A stretch of 64,000 nucleotides of DNA from Eukaryota sp. GEM-RC1 (taxonomy: Eukaryota): the NCBI GenBank assembly GCA_040285855.1, contig JAUFOQ010000002.1, forward strand, positions 2,294,001 to 2,358,000. Direction: 5' to 3'. Positions 48,951-58,773 of this stretch are shown piece after piece (the first letter of the stretch is position 1; each line of letters begins with the position of its first letter). The notes under the pieces were generated by a model that saw only the letters and a list, made by a program, of their open reading frames with translations, did not search any database and was not told the origin of the DNA. The translations under genes were made by a program, and so were the position numbers.

Positions 48951-50183
48951 CTATATCCGCACCTTAAAGTATAACCTCACCCTCTTATCCTCACTTGCAG
49001 TTGTAACATGACCATTAGAAGACACACTAACATCTCTAACTACCCCTTGATGACCAGTTGACCACTCACTCACTGAGTTGTTCAAAGTGTTGACAACACG
49101 GAGATCCTTAGAAGAACCATTAGCAACTAAAATAAAGGAACTGCCGGGAAACCAAGATACAGAAGATCGATGTTTTGGAGATCCCATATCCATCGTCATC
49201 AATTGCTTATCTTTGCCAATCATTCTGCAATCATACACAATCATTTGCCCCGTTGATAACGTGACTGCTACGTATCGTCCCATGGGTGACGTCGCAACAT
49301 CATAAACCTTTCCATTAAAACTAAGCGAAGAAGTTATATTCATTAGACGAGGATCGAACACTCGTAACGTTCTATCTGCAGAACCAGCAAACACTTGGTC
49401 AAGGTGTTGATTAATAGAGGTACAAAGGATTGGTCCATTGAAGTGGTTATTACCACGAGGAGAGAAGGTGGTAAAGGAAGCGTCAGTGGAGATGTTGAGG
49501 AACTTGAGCACGGGGGACTCAGTAGCAGCTACTAACCAGTCACCAGTGGGGAACCAAGCGATTGACCTAACATTGTGATCAAGAGAACAAGTAGAAAAGG
49601 AGTTCTTTCCTCCAAGACTTTTGCCAATGTCAAAGAGTGAGACCAAGCCATCACGAGAACCAGAGGCCAGGAAGGGAGCAAAAGGATGAAATGATAGAGT
49701 GTTGATGTAGTCAGTGTGACCAAAGAAAGTCTTTACAACGGGGTTAGAAGAAGTAGAGGAGTCACGGGTCTTGGTACTGGCTTTTGAAACGTCAATTAGT
49801 TTAACAGACATATCTGCAGACCCTGAGGCTGCCCATGTTCCATCGTTTGAGAAAGAGACGCATCTACAAGCCTCTTTATGTGGAGAATGGTATCTGCTGT
49901 CATATGGAGGTAGTTGTGGGATGATTGGAGGGATTTCAGATGAATCTTGAGGTATAGCCACATCTGGAAGGGAAGTTGTGACTTTAGGGTCAAAGAATCC
50001 CCTTGATTGTTCAAGAGAAAGTCCTTCATTGACTAGAACAGAGAGTCTGTCAGTGGTGATAGTGGGATCGAAGGGAACATCCACATATTCTGAAAGATAT
50101 TCTGCAGCTACAGAGTGCCCATCATTAAGAAGTTGTGATAGTATTAGCTGGTAAAGATACTGTTTCGATGCATGATAAGACAT
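48951..50183 (-). CDS. CSTF1: Cleavage stimulation factor 50-kDa subunit (WD40)
   Basis: N-terminal LYQLILSQLLNDG dimerisation motif, HKEACRC.SFS.DG...ASGSADMSVK and WD repeats. Confidence 0.85.
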   Translation of the reverse strand: MSYHASKQYLYQLILSQLLNDGHSVAAEYLSEYVDVPFDPTITTDRLSVLVNEGLSLEQSRGFFDPKVTTSLPDVAIPQDSSEIPPIIPQLPPYDSRYHSPHKEACRCVSFSNDGTWAASGSADMSVKLIDVSKASTKTRDSSTSSNPVVKTFFGHTDYINTLSFHPFAPFLASGSRDGLVSLFDIGKSLGGKNSFSTCSLDHNVRSIAWFPTGDWLVAATESPVLKFLNISTDASFTTFSPRGNNHFNGPILCTSINQHLDQVFAGSADRTLRVFDPRLMNITSSLSFNGKVYDVATSPMGRYVAVTLSTGQMIVYDCRMIGKDKQLMTMDMGSPKHRSSVSWFPGSSFILVANGSSKDLRVVNTLNNSVSEWSTGHQGVVRDVSVSSNGHVTTASEDKRVRLYFKVRI

Positions 50184-50380
50184 TTTTGACAGCTCTCAAA
50201 GCAGGAGCAAATTTCGAGATTTTTACTTCACACATTGTTGATCAACTGTATCGACCCTCGTATTGTCTCCTTAAGGCTCTGTGTCTCATAACATGTAGTT
50301 GCAGTTGATCAGTCTTCTAAGGATATCCTTGTCTCCAACGGTTTTCTTTATGACTTCATTTTCTTTCCCATTAGTACCTT

Positions 50381-52297
50381 TTGTCGTCTTTTACTTGTGG
50401 CTTCTCTACTTTGTCCATGTTTCGTACATGTCGAATATGTTTCTCGAAACGTCTAAAAAAGTTTTCTGTTATCAAACTCCAATGTTCTCATAAGTTCTGC
50501 AAAACCTGTCTTCGATCTCATGTCAATGAGCGCCTCAGCAAACCCCTTGGACTTCGCTGTCCAGATCCTTCTTGTGGAGCTAGATTAGGTTCACGTGACC
50601 TCCAATCATTTTTATCAAGGCGAGACTATCGACGAATAGAAGATTTGATCAACAGAAGGATCCTCGATCATTTCCCTTCTTTTGTTATGTGTGCACAGCC
50701 TTCTTGTGATGGTTATGGAGTCCTACCTCTCGTATCTGATGAGATTCACGATCGTTGGAAGTGCCCACGATGTGATCTCATCACGTGTACTAATTGCCGA
50801 ATTCCCTATCATGAGGGTCAATCATGCCAAGAATACCAATCAGTTGAATCTTCCTCCACTCCTCTCACTTCCCTTCCTCTTCCCCAACAGAAACGTCTCC
50901 GTCTACTCCGACGACACACCAAAACCTGTCCTCACGGTCACCGTACTAGGAAGATCCCTGTAACTCTCCTTCACTCTGCAGATGGTCAGGAAACTGGATC
51001 TAATCACGTCAGATGTGCTGTTTGTGCTGTTGAGTTCTGTTGGGTATGCCGATCTGAGTACTCTCGAGGTCACTTCAACTTTAGAATGTCTTATTGTCCT
51101 ATAGCTGAACTCACACTCACTCTGACAGTCAACAACGACGTGATACTTTCCTCTGCTCACCTTCCTCAGCAGATCAACGAATACGTCGTTGGAGATCACG
51201 ATTTAAAAAATGTAAAAGTCTACTCAGTAGATACCAATCTCGTTACTCACCAAGGACCTCTCTCCAGCCCAGGTCTCCTCCGTCCTGGTCCTACAAGAGT
51301 CATTGTTCACATCCGCAACGGAACAGTTGTCCAAGTCGTATGTCCTCGTGGGTCCTGCCCTTTCAAACTCACTGATCACGCGGGAATCACACTCCTAGCT
51401 TCCCCTGCTCCTTCTTCTATTAACCCTCTAGCCACTCCTCAGACCCCAATGACCCCTGCCTGGATGACTCCGCGTATTGGGAGAAGTAGGAGAGAGGAAG
51501 TGAGTTTGTTTACTCCTGATGTGGATCTTGAGTCTCCTCAGGATGATAGACAGTGGGTTGACTCACCCGCGGTTCACCTTCATGAAGTTGCCCCACCTAA
51601 AAGAGCTAATCATCCTTTTTCAACTCCAGATTTAGTAACTAGTTGTAAATCAGTTAATATCCCTAATCACTCAGCTCCAGTTACCTTTAGAAAAACACCG
51701 CACACGCCTGTGCCTAGAAAGAAACCTCCCCAGCCCATCAATATTAAAGAGAACCCTGTTGGAAGTGTCAGGATGAATGTGGCTAAGAATATTCTACGTG
51801 CAGAAGCTGAGGCGAGAGAGAAAGGTCAGGCTTGTGTCACGCCGTTGCAGTTCAGAAAGGTTCCGTCACCTGGCCAGAGTGATTTTGAGCTTGACATGAT
51901 GAGGTCTCGAATTTTGTCTAATCATCTACCATCTTGTTTGTGTCGAAAATGTCTGTTATTTAAGTCTTCGTTGGGAGTTCTACCATCTTCGTACTATGAC
52001 GTGAGAGAAGAGGTCAAGTCAAGGAAATTCTCGTCACTGACAGTTGCACAGTCACCAGTTTTCTCTAGTCAACAAAAGACTGTTGAAGATGTGGTTATTA
52101 ATGAAGAAGATCAACTACCTGTTAAACATCCTGTTTCTTGTTTTTGTTCAATGTGTCTCGGGTCAAAAAGTAAGTGTTCTAAGAATTCGTCGGAGGTACG
52201 GGTTTTTCTTGAAAATTTTGGGAAGAAACCAAAATCAGTGAAGTTGATGTCTGAATCATCTAAATCTGATCTTGAATTATCTCCAGATACAAGATAG
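50381..52297 (+). CDS. RBR (RING-IBR-RING) E3 ubiquitin ligase
   Basis: RING1 CRIC..CSHKFCKTC..CPDPSC, IBR, and RING2-like HVRCAVCAVEFCWVC; probable ATG near 50417. Confidence 0.85.
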   Translation: MSSFTCGFSTLSMFRTCRICFSKRLKKFSVIKLQCSHKFCKTCLRSHVNERLSKPLGLRCPDPSCGARLGSRDLQSFLSRRDYRRIEDLINRRILDHFPSFVMCAQPSCDGYGVLPLVSDEIHDRWKCPRCDLITCTNCRIPYHEGQSCQEYQSVESSSTPLTSLPLPQQKRLRLLRRHTKTCPHGHRTRKIPVTLLHSADGQETGSNHVRCAVCAVEFCWVCRSEYSRGHFNFRMSYCPIAELTLTLTVNNDVILSSAHLPQQINEYVVGDHDLKNVKVYSVDTNLVTHQGPLSSPGLLRPGPTRVIVHIRNGTVVQVVCPRGSCPFKLTDHAGITLLASPAPSSINPLATPQTPMTPAWMTPRIGRSRREEVSLFTPDVDLESPQDDRQWVDSPAVHLHEVAPPKRANHPFSTPDLVTSCKSVNIPNHSAPVTFRKTPHTPVPRKKPPQPINIKENPVGSVRMNVAKNILRAEAEAREKGQACVTPLQFRKVPSPGQSDFELDMMRSRILSNHLPSCLCRKCLLFKSSLGVLPSSYYDVREEVKSRKFSSLTVAQSPVFSSQQKTVEDVVINEEDQLPVKHPVSCFCSMCLGSKSKCSKNSSEVRVFLENFGKKPKSVKLMSESSKSDLELSPDTR

Positions 52298-52470
52298 TTT
52301 AAGTTTTGGTTGTTTTACTTATTTGTGTGTGTTTATAAAGTTAGTTCTGTCAGATTGAAGATGATTGTACTGGACAGTATAGTATATATCTTATTTTTGT
52401 TAGAGCTCTAAAGCAAAATATGTATAATTAGATTATGCTGCTGAATGAAGAATTATTAGATTCATTAATA

Positions 52471-55178
52471 CTCTAAAACATCTAATACAACGCCACCCCC
52501 AAACCCCGAAAATTAGGGGGTGGCGCTCTATTAGATTTATGATCTGTCTGCTGACTTCTGGGATTTTTGACCGTCGGTTTGAAATTTCTGAATTCGTCTT
52601 GACAAGTCAAATTCTTTTTGCTCTTTTGCTCCAGTCAATCTTTTTAATGACCCTGATTTATGACCTACCTTTTCTCCTCTCTCATGTCCTTCTTGTTCTA
52701 GCGTATATCTCGCCATTGTGATTCACGATCTGCTTATGCTTATGTACCATAATAAACAACAATCTTTTCTGAACCTTTTCTTTCTGTTGTGTCTGACGAG
52801 TCTCAACTAAACAGCCCTCAAGTTGATGAACCACTTGAATATCTATCTCCTGGATTGGCTGGAATTCCCTGGAGCAAAGGTAGTAAAGGTTGGTTTATCA
52901 TATTCTCTTTATAACCGGCCCCAAACTAGATTGGGGACGATGTTCCTAAGGATCAGTTGTGTTCATGTTCCAAACTGTTGTCTTACATAATTCTTTCTTG
53001 TTTTAGCTCTTTCCTTATCTTTATGATGGGCAAAAGCTCAGACCAACAGATTTCGCTGTTTCGGTCTTTAGTCTATTCATCTCTTCTCTGGTTTGCAGTC
53101 TGTTGGATGATGTTTAGTCTGTTGTTCTTCATAAAGGATTATTGGCCCAAATAGTGTCTAGAAAACACAATGTTTAAGGAAATGATACTGTTTAGCAGCT
53201 GTATCGAGATATGGGGAACGATATTGCTTGTATTGGCGATATGTATCCGACAACCATCAAGTATCACAATAGATCTACAACCGCAATTGGTCAGTTTGGT
53301 ACATTGTACTGTCTACAAACACATCATTAGCTTCTTGTGATGATAATGAGTAACCTCAGTCTGATTTCATTATCATGTTTTGTGTTGCTATGCAAAAATG
53401 CAGTCAAAAACGACTGAAGACACAGCAGTGCATTACACGATCAGAGTTGTAGCAAACCAGCAGAGTTGTAGCAAACCTTAGTGTTTTCCTTTGGAGGATA
53501 AGATGTCAATGTGATGTATGTGTAGTAGGATGGTTGTACAACGTTGAGTTTATTCATGACATGGTTGAACACGGTTCACAATTCTAAGAACGAATACCTG
53601 CAAACACGTCTCTATCTTGAAACAAGCTCAACAATTGATACCAAAAGATGTATGGAATCCATCAAAGAAGGTATAAGTGTATCAGTTTGGGGATATGTGG
53701 TTATGGGGTGAAGAGTATTTGGGGTAAAATGATTTTGGGGAGTATCAACAGAATGATGCGCCCCAAATGAATTCCCCCAGTATTATCGCTAGCAACAGTT
53801 CATTGATTTCGGTTCAAGTACATGTGGAGTTTTGGAGTTTGATAAGAAAATGTTGTCAAATGTGACGTTTGACACATAGGATGAACAGATTTCATCGGAA
53901 TCAGATGTTATGAAAGCCTTTTACAGTATAGAGAGACATTGTTGTATGATCATGATGTATAAAACAACATTATTTATAAGACTGGCTAAATATGGGTTCT
54001 TTGAATCACGTTATCAACATATAATTCGACAGTGACGTGCATATACAATAGTACTTGTAGTACTTTTCATGAGTAACAACTGTAGTGTTGATAAGAGTGA
54101 ACGGATAATCAGATCTGAAAAATCTTCTACTGACAATTTCTCACTCTGACTTTCAGAGATGAGTTTCTGAACGTTTTGATTCTGTCTACCTTCTCCAGAA
54201 TGATGACCCTATAGATGTTCACTCTGAATCAAGCATCGTTATTATACCAGTACTTATGATTTCATTTTCATTATCATGTCCTATGAATGCGTTGTACTAC
54301 TACAAGTAGAACCACAAGGAGCTACAGTTGTACGAGTAGCACTATTGCGACTATGAACCTCTTAGGAAACAACCTATCTTTTTCATAAATCACAATGTAG
54401 TGTACCGATTTATATGTTAATCTTGGAGCTTCTTATACACTGGAATCATGATAACCTTTTATAGTATAGAGAGACATTGTTGTAGGATCACGAGTAAAAA
54501 CCGAGTCTATACTTGAGCAGGCACATAACAATTCTTTATAGAAATATACTACAGAAATAAACTGTTCATCGTACAGGAAAAAAATCGATCTCTTGCTGAA
54601 TGAATCCTAGAGACCTAGAGTCACAAAACAGGAGTTCGCTTCAAGTGCATCTTCAGTGAAAGAAAAGGCTGACTTTTGCACAAAGGTAAAGATCTGATAG
54701 AAGCAGGTCCGTTATCGAAGAATCAGTGTCAAGTATGTTGACTTCTCTCTTTTGACTAGTGGAGAGAGTCAATCTAGAGAGACTGGAAGATAACATTGAG
54801 AAAGAATGGTAGGATTCGGGAGATCCTCTTGGGAAACTAAAGAAGAACGCAGTGACACAAAGCTGCCGTACAACGAGAAGACTTTCTGAAAAGTTACCAA
54901 TACACCATAATCTTCCGAAGTACATCAGCCTAAGAAGACATGATGATGTACGAAATGAGGAGGAGATGAAGGGGAGGAGTGGTAGGTCAAAAATGCAAGA
55001 GAAGGATGTGGACGGTCAAAAATGTAGACGTGAAGGTCATAAAGAATTCAAATTTGAAAATTCACTGGGTCAAAAACACATGAAATTTTAGAGAAATATT
55101 GCAAATATTTTTGACCGAAGGGGGTGGCCTTCTGTTAGATGTGGATTTTGGGGTGGCGTTGTATTAGATGTTTTAGAG
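52471..55178. mobile_element. Non-autonomous pogo/Tc1-mariner-like element (about 2.7 kb)
   Basis: Perfect 29-bp TIR ctctaaaacatctaatacaacgccacccc (52471-52499 / 55150-55178), TA on both flanks, inner ggggtggc repeats and no transposase ORF. Confidence 0.85.
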
Positions 55179-55208
55179 TACTGTTTGAGTACTTCTTAAT
55201 TAAAATTA

Positions 55209-55990
55209 TTGTTAGTCGATATTTCAGTTTCTGATTCTGGTGTTAAACAAGGAGATCTTCTTGGCCCCTTCTTTGTTTGTTTGGCTATTCATCCCACCCT
55301 GAAAAAACTCAAAAAAGGACATGCAGACTTAGAAATTGTAGCTTATATGGATGGCATTTCTTTTATTGTTCCTATGTCAACTCTTCGTACTAATGCGAAT
55401 CACGCTGCTGATTTGCACGATGCAATTGGACTTCATTTAAATGTGCAAAAATGTTTTTTGATTGCCAAGGTACCTGTAACTTTAATTGTAAATTCTTTAG
55501 AGGTTCCCTTTGTGAACTACTTGTCTTCAAGCTTTAGATTTCTAGGTTGCTATCCTGGTTCACATGAAAACATTGTTAAAAATCTGAAAGTATATTCGGA
55601 TTCAAAAGCTCTATTTGCTCTCAGTGTTTTTTATGAAGAAAAAGGTTATGTAAGTTAAAATGGCAATGATTGTTGCTTTAATGATATTGAGTTCTAGTAT
55701 TTTTGTTTATCTTAGTGTTTTTGTTCCATAAATTACTCGTGGAAAAAAAACATGTTTTAGTTAATCTTCCACAGATGCTAACAACGTTTGGTGAAAGATG
55801 TTCTTTTTTATCAAGATTATATAAAAATCAAGATTGCGGATGTTCATTTTCTGCTAGAGATTGTCAGTGCACCACGGTTTTCCCATCATGGATCCTGTAA
55901 TCTGTTACTTATATCATCATCTTAGTTTTGGCGATTTTCAACTGTTATCATAAATTTGACAAACACTTAAATATTTGTAGTTTTGTCAGA
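55209..55990 (+). mobile_element. Non-LTR retrotransposon RT fragment
   Basis: SGVKQGDLLGPFF, AYMDG (YxDD decayed), GLHLNVQKC and FRFLG. Confidence 0.8.
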
Positions 55991-56468
55991 CGTTTTGCTG
56001 GAGATCAGAAACACCAAGAACATTCTAGTTGAATGAGCCCATATACCCTCTCAAGTCTCAGTTTTTCTTCTGATCTCTCTTTCAACTTACATCACTCAGT
56101 CAACTTTCGTCTTACTGATTCATCAACAAACGATTCATCGAAACATTCCCTTTTAAAATCTCTCTGCTCTCAGTGTTACCACTGTTTCTATATATCAATC
56201 TCATACTATAAGTAAGAAGCATACCCCAGAATCATAGTCAACAGTGATGCTTATTTATCAATAAACCGAACAGCTTTTCTATTTTTTGTGCTAACTTCTT
56301 CTAAATGGACAAAACAAAAGAAAAAGTCCATTACAAATCAAAGTGATTTCAGAACTCATCTTCAACAGTAAATCAACAGAAGGACCATAGTTTGGATGCT
56401 TTAGTTAGTGTCTGTTTGTTATTGTTTTCTGCAAAAACATGTATTTCACTGATTGATCACACTGATTG

Positions 56469-56633
56469 TACAAGGGAATTTGAGTCGCGTACTGTGGATT
56501 TTCCAAGAAATGCATACTTTACACTTTCAAAGAAAGCCTCTTCATACACACCCCTTTTCTGAGGAAGCACCACATTACGGCCTCCATTCAAGGTAACTTG
56601 AACTTCATCGGCCAATACATGAAATATTCTTCA
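56469..56633 (-). ncRNA. Candidate Fanzor omegaRNA scaffold (locus B)
   Basis: 3' of the Fanzor stop. Nested stems ttcatgtat/gtgtatgaa, ggcc..ttcaag-ttac-cttgaa..ggcc, cttcct/agggg and ctttc-ttt-gaaag; ends caaattcccttgta. Confidence 0.65.
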
Positions 56634-58465
56634 CTAACGTTCAGGTCTTCTGAACGCTTCAGGTCTAATCCCGAAGAAGAATTCGCTGATTGCGATCTCT
56701 AGTTGGTTTCGAGATGCTGAGATGTCTCGCGACCATTCTTGCAAACAAAGAGGACATGTGAACTTGGAATTGTTCACTCTCCTCTCGCCATTCACCATGT
56801 GATACAATTTTTGGTGGACAACCTTACAGCAGTTCACCTTTTTTGAAGTATAAAACTCGTCTCCCATCACCACATTGTGCGATCTTTGTAGATAAGTCAA
56901 GAATCGCTTTCTAGGCGCTTTGACCTTTTGTCTTGATGGTCCATCTCCGCCTTTGCCAAACCAGATGCTAATTGTCCGGCCATCAGCTATAGTATTGATT
57001 ATCTGGTGTAATAAATCGAATCTTTTTTGTCGTCTTATATAGAAGTCGAAATTATTTCGTCGTAAAGATCGTCTGTTTCCTTCAATAAACCGTCTTTGTA
57101 GTATAGTTTTGCTCATCTGGGCATCCACAACGTGAGAAGCTAATTCGATGAGATACAGTTTAAAGTTCTCAACGATACAAGTATTCGCTGTTGTGTGAGT
57201 GAGAGCAGGGGCATGGTTAATTTTTTTCGGTTTTGGGGACAAACAAATCCCAGAGGCTTCAACTGGGCCATTAAGTGAACCCACCGACCAACCACACAGA
57301 TTGCTGTGGTTGGGGTCAATAGCCCAAAATAAAACACTTTCATCCAGAAGTGGTAGTACTTCAGACACCTCAGATTTCTTCTTCTTCTTAGGAGGAGGAC
57401 GGACAACCTTACTTTGAAGGTTCTTCTTCCTTTTTCTTGTCTTTGAAGGCCGTTGAGCAGGTTTCTCCACCAGCTCCAACTCGGCCTTTGTTCGCCTCTT
57501 TTAGTCTTTTTTAGGCTTCATTGAGAAAGTGAATCTCAATGAGACTCCATCAGAGGAAATTGTATAAGTCTCAAATTTCTTCTTTCTAAAAACATCATGC
57601 GGATTTTTTAATAAAACCTTTCGAGTATTATAATTTTGGAAATGTTTTTGAGTAGCCTGGCTGAAGGGAAGAAAGCCAGGTGAATAAGATGCCATGGGCG
57701 TAAGAGCCTGCCGACGCATTCTGGTGGGTTCAACCCTCTCCAAGTGGAGGAGAAGATTAAATGGAACTTCAAAGATGAAGTTGACATTGGACGGAGTTAA
57801 GTCAGTCATTGGAGTGGTCAAAAGGGCATCCACTCGTTCTGGGTCCATAACTTGATTGTTGAAGATGTCAACAATCTGGTGGTGCCAAGTGGTCCACCAA
57901 GGAAGAAGAGATTGCGGTGGCTCAGAGCCACGTAGAACAAGAGAAGCGTACTGCTTTGGAGAGGGACAAAGACAGTAGGTAGCTGTGGTTCGAAAGAAGT
58001 TAAGCTTCCAACTAACCAAGCCATCCGTCATCAGCTGCTGAAAGGCAGCTGCAAGCTGAAGTGCTCTTGCACTAAATAGGTCCGAGTATGCCCAGTTGAT
58101 GGGACACCTCCGTTCCTTGCATGGGGGTTTGTCCCGGCCAATAGGAGGGAACGGCCAGCCTGGACGGTCTGTAGAATTTAAAAGAGCATTGAACACCTCA
58201 GTGTGCTCACAAAAGGTTCCCGTACTGGCATCGTCGGGGAGGACGGATCCAGACAAACAAAGTCAAAACACTGGTACCAGTACTGCTGTTCAGTCAGCCA
58301 GTACGCCAAGTGTTTGTGCTGGAGCACGAACAGTCGAGCAAGGAGGGTGCTCTGGACAGCAACTGTTCTGACGTGGCGGAACTGCCGCTCCATGGCTTTT
58401 TGAGCTGGCACTCCGAAGAAACGGGAAATAGATGACGCGACAGTGGTTTTTTTGTCGACAGTCAT
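56634..58465 (-). CDS. Fanzor nuclease B (one frameshift near 58255, one in-frame TAA at 57501)
   Basis: TISSDGVSL, RuvC-I WAIDPN, WFG, RuvC-II GDEFYTSKKVNCC, zinc finger CPLC, RuvC-III WSRDISASRN and RPEAF tail; D-E-D triad intact. Confidence 0.88.
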
Positions 58466-58773
58466 CAAAGTTAAATAATTGAAGAATTTGATGTATTTTA
58501 TGTAACCTCTATCACAATCGTTTGTTCTATAGTGTATTTGTAAATTACCATCTGTGGACACCAGTTGCTGAGTAGTTGAGATGGTTTTTAATTGCTATGG
58601 TATGTCTTCCATGATCTCTCTTGATGAAGTTAAGAGAACCAAAAGTTCTTGTCTTGATTCATACATGTACTGCTACCTGTTGAACTTTGTTTCTGCATTT
58701 ATGTAAAATTAATTTCAAGTGATCTTAAGCTTATGACAGTCATAATATCTGATATTAGTCAGTGACTGTGAGT

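Noticed and set aside
27380..57503. TAA reassigned to an amino acid: five in-frame interruptions are all TAA (27380, 40749, 41878, 43106, 57501), one at a conserved Tyr
   Set aside because: EEF2, DDI1, NOP53, La and the hAT transposase all end in TAA at the expected position, and long conserved ORFs contain no internal TAA. Nonsense mutation in AT-rich decaying copies is simpler. Ribosome profiling would settle it.
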